Under the pieces are notes generated by a model that searched no databases, was not told the origin of the DNA, and saw nothing but the letters and a program-made list of their open reading frames with translations. A program made the translations under genes and the position numbers. A DNA stretch of 64,000 bases from the NCBI GenBank assembly GCA_965285935.1, contig OZ260662.1, forward strand, positions 93,868,001 to 93,932,000, read 5' to 3'. Source of the DNA: Ophelia neglecta. Lineage: Eukaryota. This document shows, in pieces, positions 40,305 through 55,300 of the stretch; position 1 is the stretch's first letter, and every line of letters starts with the position of its first letter.

Positions 40305-43300
40305 TAAGGTCCATGTTAATCGTTGATATTTACTATATCATTTAAAACTACCCTTCCTTGTTTTTTTCCAATTACAAAGCCTGGTTAAATATCGTGTTTT
40401 GTGCCCTATTACCTCCGAACGCCAAATACTAATACGTTATTGAAAATTAGTCCGGTTTGCATGATATGCCTACGGCTTCTCACAAATTAGCCAAGCAAGA
40501 CAAAGTGGAGTTTCAAAGTTTCAGGCGACCTTCTCCTGATACATTGCTCCGGCAGTTATATGACGCACAATCCCGCCCACGGGTCCAATGTCAAGGGGAA
40601 AGATCAGAAAGCCATCCAGGTATTGTTTATGCTCCCTGTTATGATTCATAACATGGCGCTTAGGTGTCATACGAACAACGCAGAAATCATTTTTGGCATT
40701 TTTTCTGGTTTGATTGTTTTTTTTATTTTCCTGTTCCATTGGTATTCGGTGGACAGACGCGCAAGTTTTTTGACCTTTAATAAACATTTATACAGCGCCT
40801 CAGTTATCTTTGTGCAAATGGATGCATACAACATATAATAACAATGAAAAGCTTAACTGTTATTTGCAGTTATTGCTTGCTGCCTTGTATTGATCTGTTC
40901 GATTATAATTAACTGTATGCAATAGTTGTAAAGCTTTTAATGACCTTTCAAACTTGTGCACATTTTCAAGACATTTCACATCATATCTCTATTGAAAACT
41001 ATTGAGCGCTATTGGCGCGGGTTTATACTGATACGTCCTGAAAAGAGAGACATGGGAGGTTAATCGTCCATATTGCAATTGGGGTACAATTATAATGTCA
41101 TAAAAACACTTCACGGTATGCTAACCGCATTAGCAAAGCATCTGAACAGAAAAAGAGGCAATGGACCATGCATGCCTACTGTATCAAGTTAATTACATTA
41201 TGAATTATTTTCCTAAATGCCAAGTCGACCAATAATGCATTATTTATTATTCGAGCCAACCATTGCTAACATTTTCTATAAAATATGTGTTATCCTAACT
41301 TAATTCGCAGCTGACAATATCAGCGTTGTGGCAAGGATAGATGTGTGTCCACTGGCCTTTGCAACCTTAAAATATCGATATATCTGTTTAAAAGAAACAT
41401 CGTTTGAAATGTTAAAGGTCTATGCATCTAACAGTTTTATCATTAAAAGATTGTGTGTTTTTATAAGAATGTCTGACTGTCCAGAATAGTAACTTGCTTA
41501 AGATACGAGCCCTTGATAGTTCGGAGCTCTTTTCGTATCAGGACATGGTTATTCTGTATGAAAAAACACTATTTTAGCCATCTTGCCATGTACTTTAATA
41601 CTGCTAATAAGAATTAAATGACCACAATGTTAACCTTATATACATGTAAATTATTATTATGTGGTCAACCTGCTGCCCCATTTTCCTTCAATGCACCTGA
41701 GCACACACTTGCCTTCGCATAAGGGCTTATCCTTGGCGTCTTACTACCAACCTCCCTTAAAGCAGTAGCATCCTTCAGACTCTCCTGCCTGTGGGCAACG
41801 GGGCAGTCAGCCTAATCAATTTTGCATTAAACGTTATCAGGTCTTATCCGAAGAGGCACATTCTTGCCGAGTAATGGTTCGATGAAATCTTAACCAAACG
41901 GACAACTCGGAGCCTTTTTTCTGTTATTAGTAATCAATCCTGACGTCGTGTTAGACCTCACCTTAGAGACAAACAACATAATCAAATGTTTGTAAGTTTC
42001 GGGAACGGGAGCACGTATGTTGCAACACATGATAAAAATTTTTAAATTCAAATTTTATTGACTATCCATTAAAAAAGGTTTAAAAAAAATTAAGCCATTA
42101 TATGAAAATAATGGGAAAAATGCAATAAATTGATATGATTTCCTCAAGCTATTATCATTATAATTGACAATTACATAAAACAAATACATCGAGAGTATTA
42201 CTTGACTGGAATGCAGCTTTTTTCCTCGCTAGAGAATTTAACTGAAATAACAAAGACGTTATACACATTTAAGATGCGCAAGGTTAGCCAATAACAATAA
42301 GGACCGAGATAAAACCTGCACCTGATAAAACGAGGAAGAACACTATATATATAGTAAATTAAATTTGGCTAATCAATGCCATACAACAATTGCGCCAATG
42401 TGTTAACTGCAGGTTTACATGGGAGTTACTTATTTGTTAATTTCTTTATTCAATTAAAGTTGGCACTGCTCACTCATCGATGATAGTAATATATACATTG
42501 GTTTGTTTATTGAAGTATACACGCATACAAACAATATTATTAATCAAGAAAAGTTCATTGCCATTATTATACGAATGTATACTCTAATATGATTCAGTGT
42601 TTATAAAGCACTTGTTTTATCTACCGTGTATCCACTTCATATAATATGGAATTGGCCATATCGTATTGTTGGGTTTACCTCGCACCATACGCTCGTTGAT
42701 TCTCAGTAATATATATCAATGGTACATATTCTTCATAGGCCAACTCATTTGAAGAAAATGAAATATTGTATCATTCATGAGGAATTGGACGGCCCTCCTC
42801 ACACACAGAATCAATAACGTCCTTGACACTCATGCAATGCCTTAAATCTAAAAAGGGATGCGCGGACAGGGAAGTAACGATCGTCTCCTTCCCCCTTTAT
42901 CGACTTTCACTTACGGTGGCGCCGAGATTGATGCCTTCACTCCATTATCTCGAAGGAGCCAGTTCCTCACATCGGCCAGTCATTTTTAATGGTTGCATAG
43001 CACTAGAAATGGCAAAGAGCTTCATCTTCATATTCTTTTTTGCAACTAAGCGGTGTTTCGTTCGGTATCGAGGCTTCAGGGAATGGTTTTATTAATACCG
43101 CAAATTACAAGAAACGCTGATATTTGTAACCACAAAAATTGGCCATAAATGCGAAATGCACGACTCAGTTTTCAACAAAATAAACTTTAAAAAAATGGTA
43201 ACCCCCTTGATTTAAGAGTTAACACGTATGACCGCAATACTAAAAGACCCCCAGACTCTCCAGCATCTCAATATTAAATAATTCGAGACCCCCTCGTTAT

Positions 43301-43822
43301 TGTGGCAAGTCGAGCATAAAAGAATAGCATTCGAAATTGCTGAATATGTCGACATAGATTTTAATAAAAGGTTATGAAGTTAGATATATTTTCCGTCTGG
43401 GTCAGAAATCTGTGTCTCACTCATTTATCCCGTACTGTTATTATAGGCATTTCGCTCCCTAAACGTCTTTCATGTTAGTTTTAACTAAAGTTGGCCTACT
43501 TTACTTTTACCTTTTTTTTGCGTTACTTCAATTTTCATATATATTTGAAAAGGAATAAGTCACATGCTTAGGTAAAGTACTTAACGAACGTATTAAGTGT
43601 GAAACATGTACATAGTCATGTAAAATATTTAAAAAAAAGACATTCTCTGTAAATATCCAATGGATGGCAATAGCAATAACCCTGTGCCACTTCTAGGGTT
43701 AATAAGTATTAAACCAGGCTATATATAGTATGGCCATCTTTTTCCTTTATAAATTATAATGACACAGTGAATTTCTAAATAATGTATATAAAAGCACCGT
43801 AAAATTATGCATGTATATTTTT

Positions 43823-44143
43823 GGCGCGATAATCTAATGGGTACTGGGTCTGCTCCCAAAGGGAAGTTTAGAGAATCGCCGGGCGACCAAAACAATTGCG
43901 TGGTTCCTTTGGCAATGTCATACACTCGCTATTACAGTCTCCCCCAGGACACGAGTGAGCAGATGGCGGACGAATTAATAAGGTTCCTTGGCTCTAAGGC
44001 GAATGTTTCTTGTGTGCTGCCCAGGGAGTTAAAACGGTCTCGGAAAGAAATGAATGGGCAGGTCCATATTCAAAAGGAACTGTGAGTCGTCGTGTGAACA
44101 GACATAGACATTGACTAGACGTTGTGCTGTAACTTAACCATTT
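43823..44143 (+). mobile_element. Old, near full-length tRNA-derived CORE-type SINE
   Basis: A tRNA-like head (ggcgcgataatctaatggg, decayed B box gaatcgccgggcg) is followed by CORE-like gtggttcctttggcaa...tctcccccagg and then the central motif gtgtgctgcccagggagtt..gaatg..caggtcc. Confidence 0.55.
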
Positions 44144-47100
44144 AAGCATATACTAAACAAATAACCCCTAAGGGAAAACGGAAGCAATCAAACTAAAATC
44201 CGTACCCGAAGTGGACACACGTTATATCAATGTAAGGAAGACAAAAACTAACCCTCGTTATATTTCAAATGATGATAAGTTAGTTAGTTCCTGTTTGGTG
44301 TAAACGGGTGGAACCTTCCTGGATGTTACATTTCCGCCAACAAGAACATATGTTATACGGTATGGCCTTTCCAAATGGAAACTTAGCTTTGGCAATTTCC
44401 TTGGATTTAATGCCCTTTATATAAGCTAAGCTAGTGCCGAATTTTATTGAATGTGATAAGGATATTATGGAGTTCGAACGATGGCTTTCGATTGGATATA
44501 AACCCTTTCATACCAACACTATTATATATCTAATAATGAAATGTCAGCTAAATTTCTTTTATCAGTTAATACCTGTGATTAGAAAAGCAGATATACACAT
44601 TATTTGACCAATACGACTTCTGCTTGAAGTTAAACCTTAGTTGAATCGATCATTAAAAATAATTCATAATTTGCCTCTAGGATTTTCGTTATGCCAGATG
44701 CAATTATATTTATGCTAATGAGACCTATAAGTTTTGCTTATTTTATAACATTTTTTTTAGCACACGTCAGAATAAGAATAAATGTATACTGTGCAATAGA
44801 CACCAGTAATACTCTGATGTACCCCTGTGTTAAGGAAACCATGACACCAGGCTTGATGTACAATCCAATGAAAGGCGTCACGACATATGACTGTGATGAC
44901 ATATGAACCTTGTATAATCAGATGATTTTCGTCGCCATGTAGACAAACCAAGATCAGCTTTAGTCCTTTCAGGAATATTTATGCAATGGGTGTCGTTTAA
45001 TAAGAGTTTGCATGAAAACACTAAAAGAAAGCAGGCCGTGACGATTATCGACAAACAAAGCTATTCAAGAATTATCAGGAATATTCCAATCACTTATCAT
45101 AATCCCCAGGCATCAGTCTCACGTAACTTAGCAAAATGATACATCGCATACCAATAAATATAGCGAAATAAGGAGGCACTTTTGATTCTAACTGCAAACG
45201 CCCAGTAATTACATAAGTCATTGCCATTGTATGACAGATAATGTATGAGCACATTATATTGTATATGCAAATGTTAGCGGGAAGGAGGGGGGGGGGTGTA
45301 TTAAGAGAAATACTAATTGCCAATGCTTCCAATACAGTAATAGAGTGCGCTCGAAGTAAATTAGCTGGTGAATGCTAGATGTAGAAATTTCCGGCACCCT
45401 AATACTAACAGTCGTATGCTCTCTTCTATGCTTACCCTTTGATGTTATGCGTCTGTCCGCCTTGCAGGATAAATGTGTTTTTTTTTAATTATTATCCCTT
45501 TATAAAGGCTTTTTTTATTTCAATTTTCTGGCCTTAAATATCCAAAATACATCAGCGGTCTTCTGTCACGTAAACCTAATTATTCCGCAAAATTTCATTT
45601 CCACTAGGGTTGGAATGCATCTATATAGGCATCTGTAGGGAAAATTAGTTTATTTTCTTTGCTAAGGTAAAAGGTGGTATGTCCCTTAGATGGGTGCTTT
45701 GAATTACACAAAGTGTTTTTAAGCCTTCGGTTAACAGCTGGATTGTGTTCAGGGGACATCAATATGGAAGTTGGAAGACAAAAAACCACTCACAAGGAGG
45801 AAAATTAGTTTCTTTTCTCGTCACATAAATCCTGGTATCGGATGAATGGAGCTCAATCGAGTCAGCAATTCTCTTTTGCAGGATCTAAAGCCACGAGAAT
45901 AGCATTATGCTTGTCAGTTTCGTATAGGTCCTGTATTAAAAAGAAAAAAAAATCAAAAAACTGTAATTAGCCTGGTGAGTGGTAGAATTTGCGTTATTTG
46001 TGCTGTCGACAACAATATACGCATCGTATAGGCGCCAACCAAAGCCACTAGGGAGCAAATACTTACACAGGATATTCGTGTGTCCAAAATAATAACAAGA
46101 GAGCCACAGAGAATGACATATAAACAAAAAGGCATGCAGCAAAAACTGTAAGTGAAGTGTTATTTAAAATAGCAAATTAAGGTTAGGTTGATGTACTCGA
46201 TGTATAGGTGTGGGTAGTATTTTGTAAAAAATGACTGATATATTCGTTCGTCCTAACAACACATTTAAGATTTTGAATTATCTACACATCTGGTCATAAA
46301 ATGACAGTTGTATTGGGCATATGTATATGTAAGCTCCTTTGCTTCGACTTATCCATAAGACGCATGCTGGTATTTCTTTTTACTGCGCAATAAAATCAAA
46401 TCGAGACTGATTGTCAGAATGCAAGTGTGAACACAGTTGTAAATACTGTCTCCATGAATAGACAGTTTATGCAGCAATATGGTTTTGTTTCAAATAATGC
46501 TCTTCTATGCCAGAAAAACTGTTTTGTTGCTAAATGCCCAAATAACCAACTGGATGTGACTTATTACACATTGATTAATTTGAACTCGAATAAACATCGG
46601 CCAATTATTGCTATTCCGACTGTTGTGAAAAATGTTTGCCAAAATGTCAGTTTGGCATATGGTGTTATTACCTCTGAAAGTACAACAAAACAAAACTGGT
46701 AAAGTAAAGAAGAAGAAAAAATTATATATCTTGATAGTTTGCGCCTAGCCTGTCTGTACAGTGATACTTCTCAATTGCCAATTACAACACAAGTGTAAGA
46801 AAAATCGAGAATGGATATATCATAGGTTCATGGACTTAAAGAATCATTTGCCTTGGCAAGTAAATAGAATTTTGTTATAAAATTAGCCAGTTAGCTTGAG
46901 AAGCATAATTCACTTTTATGCACCACCACGAGGCCTGCCAATGTATCAGATGGCTGTTATCTGTAGTATTATTTCCATAGGGTGTATTTCTTTAGCTCTA
47001 GATGGCATTATTTGTTGGAATGTAGTGAGATAAGATAGGGTGTCATTTGTTTTAGAGCATTAAAACTTTAAGGGAGGGAAGTGGCGTGGGAGGGGGGCGA

Positions 47101-50100
47101 GCCCTTGTCTTGCCGATCAAATTCTTTTAACATGCAAGTTTACTAACTTTTTCTGTCAACCAACAAATCAAATAGTCGCTAATCTCGGCAGCTGAATTCT
47201 TATCAAGGAAAGTTTAACAGATAGAAAGTACATGCTTTGGCCTTTAAACTTAGCACTCTTGGCAAATATGAAAAAGTCGCAGTTTTTACAGCACTAATTG
47301 TACCTTTTAGTACTATGGGTATCGCTGATAAGACACACCCATGGTATTTGGTAAAGGCATCGGCCTTTTGATAGGAACAATCCGATAACTGATGATGGGG
47401 ACAATTTGATAGTTGAAGAATCTTTATCGATATTTTTAATTACATGTTATTTTTGAAAATGCAAGTCAACAACTATTATTTTGCAGCGAGTGGAAACTAT
47501 GTATTTACATAGAATCTAATGTGTGTGAATTTCTCCATAAACGTATGCATTATTGTCAGGATGTTAAAAACGAATTAGACATAAAAAGTGATACTGAATA
47601 ATGTAGGAGAGCGACAACAACAGTCTTTAGATGACATAGGAACCTAACAATAAATGCAACTAGCTATCTGGGCCGAGTTAGTTACTCTTGCTACTAGAGT
47701 GAACACGATGTCACCAACTTAATGTGGATGGGGCAAATGCATTCATCACGACTTGGGTCGCAACTCTAGTAAGTTCTGTAACCAGTGTTATCTGCGTAGG
47801 CACGCCTGAAGTCGACCCTGGGATGCATGCGTTCGCAAAGCTTGGCAGAACTCGCCAGATAAAGGCAAACCGCTGTAGAAAACATCTGTGGTATGGAATC
47901 GGTACTGTTATTATCAGCCATGAAGCATGTAGTGTGCATATAATTGGACACAGTAAGACCTTAGGTTCATTCATGGAGGTTTATTCCTGGTATTTTACAA
48001 ACCCCGTCGATAGACTGACGCTATGTAAGGTTCAGTCCAGTTGCATATGGAATTAGATTCCTACGTCATGTTAATGGATGTTAATGTCTCGGCAATCTGT
48101 GCCAGTAGGAGTCAGTGGGTTTTTTATTCCTTCATTATATCACTCTTTCAAAATACCGATTTGAAATAGTTATAATATAATGCTTTACGTATAGGTTTAA
48201 CTGTGACACAACGGTTGCAAAGGCCTCCTAGATTCAGGAAGCTTAACGCCCCATGGTATCTTGATGTTGTGCTGTCGATTGCGGTTACACTGCAAATTTT
48301 ACTTTTTGTGTCTGAAAGACGTGCACGGTCATTTAGGAATTATCGTTTTACATTTATCGTCTTGTGCTTGAAAGTGTCCTTAACCACCCTTTTTATATAA
48401 AAGTTAGCGTGAATGTGTAAACCACAATTTTCTATAAATAAACCATTTAAAGACGAATCCGTGTCTGTCTATGACTTGAAGTGTTTAAAAACAAATCGAA
48501 GTGTGTTTTATACCAATCCAAATACACAGCGAATGATAGATGTGCTTGGTAGCACTGGATTCTAAAAAGACTGCAAGTCTTATCGACCAGCCTCCAGACA
48601 ACTCCTGTATTAATGGGTTTGTTCCATTATCACATACCCGAAGGCAACACCCAGAAAATTTCTCTATGAATAAATGTCAATCTTCCCCGACATGAAAAAA
48701 TTAACTTATTTGAATTGATCCCTTAGTATAGTGTAGTAAAGGCGCTGTCCAATAACCAGATAATAATAATAAACAGGCCTTGACTCAGCAGTGTACTGTC
48801 AGCTCCCATACTTATCATAATGTAGACCATAGGACATAATATAAGCTTGCTTTTCGAATGGAACGTGATTTATTTGGGCACGCTTTCTAAACTCAGCAAC
48901 ACTTAGTGTATGAATATTAAAATCAAATGACCAGTGTCCCATGCTACAATAAACGGAAAAATCGGATAGTATTCCTTGTTTTTAGCGCAATGAGAATTTA
49001 GAAGCATTTTTACAAGTCTGGGTTACAACATTTTGCATATAAACACAATCAGCTGATCACTACAATCAGAAGTAAAATCTCAATGATAGGTGTTAAGGGT
49101 TGTTTGGAGAACGATTTCATATAACGCCCGGGACATAGACACTGTCTATTAGTTTCAGTTATTTTCATATCGGTACTTCCTCTCACACGTTAGATGTGTT
49201 GTGCCGGGTGGCTGGATTGTTCTATATTCTATGCAATGAACATGAATGTCGCTTCTTACCATAACTACTAGTGTGGTTGCCTAACGACCTAAAAACGACG
49301 TGTGAACTTCCCATCAATTTGGTGGTGGTGGTGGTGGTTTGGGGATGAGGCGGAGGTAGTTTAAACAAACCATGTTGTCCAATGGCATCTGTATCACCTT
49401 TGATTTAAACAGTATAGTCAGTATTTTACCCCCAGTAGTGAACATTTTCTTAAGGGCTCTTTAATGCTGACAGCTGCGGTAATGTGTCATTGTCACGATA
49501 ATGGTAGAAATGCCATGCTAATAATGCAAGAAGGGACTTGTTAGAAAAATTCATTAATTATCGACATGCCTGTGAAAGTGTTGCACTGGGGTGAATCTAT
49601 AACAACATGACTTTCTCCCTAACGGTTTTGTAGACGCGTTCACAATTTCTAGTTTATGTTCTAAGGACAATATTTTTGGCAACCTTAAAATACAATATCA
49701 ATGAACATATTGCATTAATGCAAATTCTTAGCGGACATGGCTTTATTATTCAATGGATCGTGCACTTTTCATTGTTCATTACTTGCCGAAATCCAGATTA
49801 TTAGCAGACTTTATTTCGATGTTGAAACTGTGCATAACCCTAATTCTTTGTCGTATACTGGACAATAAAATATAAACAACTCTAGAAACAAATGATATGT
49901 ATGTTACCGCCTAGATATTTATGACAAGTTTATGTGGGTGTGATTACATAGCTTGAAAATTGTTGTGGCGACGAGGCTTCAGGGTAATCTACTAGAAATG
50001 GATTCATTCTATTTCACTACGTGCAAAGCTAAAACAAAATGTTTAGCAATAGGTGTCAATTTATACAGACAATGCACAATGAATTAATCTGCTCGTCAAA

Positions 50101-52159
50101 TGCAGTATAGTTTTAATAAAATCACACAAAAAAGTTGTGAATTCTAAGCAGGATACATCTCTTCGTTGCGTTATTTCATTGGTTTAAATTATTTGCTACT
50201 TTAAATTATGAGCTCATGAGGTTGAAGTGCCAAGATTGAAAACAAGTTTTCTCAGTATTGCCTTAAATCACGATGATATGAATATTGTCTTAACATTTCC
50301 TTGATCTCAGAGTTATAAGGATGTTTCTGCGTTGTTTTATTATGAAGATATAAAAACAAACCGACCGCTAATATAAGATATAAATAAAAGGCAGTAGCCA
50401 AGGGTTAACTGAATTTGCCATGTACTACGCTTTGGGTCCTGTCCATCAGTTTACTTTCTAATGAAATAAATCATCACATTTTTTCTCGTTTTTGGCCCTA
50501 ATTGCAGATTTACCAACATAATGCGATTGGTGGCAGTATGCTTCAATTTGGCAACTTAACAGAACGACTTGGCCTGGCGCCAATGACCGAGAAATATCAC
50601 ATGAGCCGAAATGTAATTGACGTGGGTTTAATCACACTGAAATCCCTAAGGTTTAATAGCAGATCCGAATGTCTTGGGTCCCCCCTCAATGAATCGTGTC
50701 TTCAGGTTGTAACCTGATAATAGCCTCTCATTTGTTTTTATATGAATGAGTTATTCTTATTATTACTGCAGGTGGCTTACACAATCAATGACAACAGTGC
50801 CAGTTGAAATAAACTATATAACAACAGTTATAAATTTATATAATTATTTATGAAAATGTGAATTTTTCAACAAACAAATTGACTAAGATCATTTCATTTT
50901 AATGCCAAGTACTTACAAGATGGTTGTACCCGATATCACACTATGTAGGCACGATACCACATTCGACATTGCACTAGAAATAATGGACTGATTCCATGCC
51001 CACTGACACAAAACAGCACAAAGATACTGACAGGGTACATTTTATTAATATTAATAAGGCTCCTGCATGTCATACGCTACTGAAGTTTTAGTTGCCTAGG
51101 AACCGATTAGGCACAAGATTTGTGTGGAAGTATTTGAAGAAAACTTCGCAACACCAACTATGTAAAATTCGGAGATAAATTTCTTGCATCGCACATATTC
51201 TTAGCAAGTGCAAAGGCCTATTTAAAGAAACAGTACAGCAAATTGGTGTCAATCTATCTTGGTACGTTATCTGCATACGTTAATATGGTAGAAAACGGTA
51301 ATCATTTATTGGGAAGAAATTTATCCGACAAATATCAAGAAAAACATTGATTTGTGTTTGATCCTTTATGGCGCATTATGAAGACAAAAAATTCTGGCGA
51401 ATGTTGGGGTGCGTGTCAGTATATTGGAATAAAAAATTTGGTTTATTGGTATTGACCAAGTAGCCAAGTGAGCAGATGGAAATAACATAGACGAACAGAC
51501 ACATATACAGATGGATAAACAGGTATTACAGGCAAAAAAAAATTATATTAAATCTTTAGCAAGTATTACGTTCAACTTAGACAAGTACGTAAAACAAAAG
51601 ATGGAGGCCGAAAATTAATATCAACATATACACCTGGTTTGTTGAGGTCTACATACAATAGTTATTAAACTACATGGAGAAACAAAGAAGAGCGATTAAT
51701 ATTAACGGGTTCTGTTCCACGCTTCTGATGTGCAGACACTAAAACTAAAACCGCCCGGTACCGCCTATCTAGATTCTATAGCAAAAATTAAACTCGAGTT
51801 TAAGGTTTTATCGTTGGTACCAGATAGTAAAGGGACGACCGAGGCGCATATCTCGTTTGTGTGAAGGAAGTCCAGCAAGGCGACCCTTGAGTATATTATA
51901 CCGGCATCAGCTTATCCATTAATCGTCAGGAAATAATCAACTCTCACATACTATAATCAATTGAAACCAAAACTGATCAGTAGATTTGAATAGTTTCCAA
52001 AACTGCCTAAATATAATCAGTACAAACTAGTATTGGCTAATATCATTCTACATCCATTTGTAACTAAATGCATTCTTACTGACACCTATAGTTATCAGAA
52101 GTAAATAGTGAAATCGATAGTAATCACTGGTATCTTATATATGTCATACCATTATATAT

Positions 52160-52385
52160 TCATCATTAGTCAATACTTATCATTATGTATCAATGTTTAT
52201 CAATAGTCAATGCAATTCATTTTTTGTCTACTAATACTCAATATAAGCAAAGCAAGTTTATCAATATTAATCGATAGTAGTTAATAATGATCAATAGTAA
52301 CGAATGAGATCAATGATATTTAATCAGTTCCAATGCGTATGAATACCACTCAATATTTGTCAATACAAATCAATTCTCATCAACT
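52160..52385 (+). repeat. Degenerate ~10-bp-period TCAAT array
   Basis: TCAAT occurs at 52170, 52190, 52200, 52207, 52238, 52261, 52291, 52310, 52350, 52360 and 52370. One-mismatch variants fill many of the intervening 10-bp slots. Confidence 0.75.
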
Positions 52386-55300
52386 TATAAATAATAATCC
52401 TATTTTTGATATCTTTTTTAATTATTAGGTAAATCAAACAAACGATTAGTATTGAAAATGATGAATTAAAATAGATGATTATTTGCTATTGACTATGGTA
52501 TCGGGTATTTCTTTGTTGTTATCAAAATAGGAAAATACTTTCATTAAACCTAAGTCTTATCCAATCAGAAAATAGTCAATTTTAGATGGGAGACTAACAC
52601 CTTAAATGATAACTTAAGATGTGGTTGCGCATCAAATATAATAATGTAATGCCAAAGTAATTTGGGTTTTTCAGCCTTTAAGTAAGCCTGTGTTGCATCA
52701 TTTGAATAAAAAAAGTCATTTTGCAGTTTGCTACCATCTGACTGAATTGAAGCCCTTTGGCCAGGGTAGCTCAAAAAGTCCCTTCTATTAAGACACGAGA
52801 GTAGAAATTGGAAATTGGTTTCCCTTCTTATCGCATGTCTTCCAGTTTAACTGGCTTGGATCACATTGTAAACTTGCCACTGAAAGTAATCAGTGGTAAT
52901 CAACCTTGATTTGACAAGTTAACAGTATTTCTATTGCAATGTTATCCGGCAGTATAAAGTGAAAACTTGAGTCATTTGGTACAGAGTTAAATGCATGCTG
53001 CAAAATCGTTTCCGTTCTAACTATGTTTTAGGCAAGGTGCATTTATCCGAGCTTTTCCTGTGGAATGTTTAGAATGCCATTAGATCCCCAATACTATATA
53101 GTATATGGGTCATGCTATAATTGCGACCTCTATTGTGTTTCGTAGGCGTTGACGCATAGTAGCCTACCAAAGAAACGGAGTCAGGCAATCACCATATTAT
53201 ACTCACACTTAGTATCTGAAAGGGAAACACTTTTACCCGAGTCATCAATATCCATATATTTTTTCTATGATATTTTGGCTTTTAAAGTGCATTGTCATAA
53301 AAACAATGGGCCGACAAGTACACACTTATAACAGTACGACTAATACAGACAATATTCTACCAGTCTCGCATTATCCTTGATATTCCATTAATGCATGTCT
53401 TTTTGAGTCTAAAAATCTGATCTAAGCCTTATCACTACTTAACATTGCCTTTGGCCTACCAATCATGCGTGATTTGACTACTGCAACAAAGTAATTTCAC
53501 GACAATAGGTCATTTCCTCCATACTAAATACCAATCGTAAAAAGTACTGTCACCAATTGAAACAGAATTGCAAAATGTCACCCAGTAGAATCCATCAATC
53601 AGAATGCTTATCATATTTATATTCAGTATACTTATGTCTGTTCACTGTGCCCACACACTGTTCATATGATGTGTGTACGCTTTTACGGTAGCTGCCACAC
53701 TCCTAGCTTGGTGGTAAACATAGCCACCCTGGTCATTCCTTTAACAAATATTAAAATATCTGTGTTGATGAATGACATTGACCTAAATTAAGTATTCTCA
53801 TTCAAATCACCTTTTTACTGAAGTGGAAAAAAGCCACTTTCTGGGTCAGTGATTACAGTTGTTAGTTCTCGTTCTTACCACATCCAATTTTCAGCGACCA
53901 ATGATTTACGCGTAAAACGGTCGCTTGTTGGTTCACGATAAAGTGTACCATAGTTCTAGGCCGCAATATGAGGTAACATCACGAAACAATCGATTTACAA
54001 TCATCTAGGAAAGGCCCGCCTGGAGTCAGACGGCCTATGGTGATGTAAGGGGAAGAAACTTGGCCACCGTCCCGGCCTCTAGGTTTATAATCATCTAGTG
54101 ATCATCAAGCACGAGATACGGTTAATTAACTGTGAACAGAGAACGCACTGTGGTCGCCGATTGCAGTTGTCTTGTGGTCCAGAAGCAATCTTTTATTAGA
54201 ATGACACGCATGCATCTTATCAGGAGTCTTTATAATCTCGTTTAGGCGCTTCGTTTAAAAAGATGAGCACAAACTCCATGAGTGAAAGGTGGGGTGTGTG
54301 TGTGTGGGGGGGGGGGGGCACTTCCATCACATTTGAATTCATAAAAGGGCAAATTGTGGAGCTGAATTCCACAAATATGCAAAGTACATAGTAATTTGAA
54401 ACCTTTGATCATCAGGTAAGAGTATTCTTTTGCAGTATTTATTCCCAAATAAAAGTTCCACATTTTTGGTCGGATATCTATTGATAACACAAGACAGTTT
54501 CCCTACCACAAAGGACGGCAATCCCCCTTCTCCCTAACTCAATCCCGAGCGGCACCCCTTGCCACAAATGAGGTCACAGGCCCTGCCCTTCTCCCTCTCG
54601 AGTACCATTCTAGGGTTAGTACATGTGAACGTGGAGATTCTTCTGTTTCTATGGCAATCCAATACGCGTAACAAACTCATGTAACGAAATCATGTGGACT
54701 TGCCTTTACATTGACAAACGTTCTCCCATTGCTTCTTTGCTGCAGCCAGCAAAATAGAAAGTTCTTGCAACCAGCATATTGAGTTAATAAACAACGTGAC
54801 GCTATAGGGATACAACAATGCATACAATTTATTTGTATAGAATATTGTACAGTTATTGTTTTTCGAATGCCTGGTCAAAGTGAAACATCTTATTAGAATT
54901 AAGAAATGAGCGCCATGCAAGACAGTGCTTAGTCTTTCTAGTTCCTCCACAGCCCCAAGTTATATCACAGAATTAATGTGTGGGGAGGCAGCATTTGATG
55001 GCTACACACAGCCTCTGGATCTCTGTGTGGGAGTCCCATTATGCCGATTTGGAGGATACATAATCCGGAATAAGCACCAAGCAAGGCCCTATACCAGTTT
55101 GCAGCCATCGGGCTTGGCAACTTGATGCTCGGCTAAATTGAGTTCTCATCAGTAATAGACATTTGTGTTCAATCCAGCCTCGGTAGGCAGACAGATAACT
55201 GTTTTTTCTGACTAGCAGGGACTGTTAATATCCCGTTATTCCAATCCTGGTAGTGGCTAACTCGGTATCATTTATGTATAGGTTTCTTTTTAGCGAGTCC

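Noticed and set aside
42045-42350. Possible minus-strand L1/Tx1 3' end (LLLLANLAHLKC, then aataaaatttgaattt)
   Set aside because: Too little motif evidence to list as a feature.
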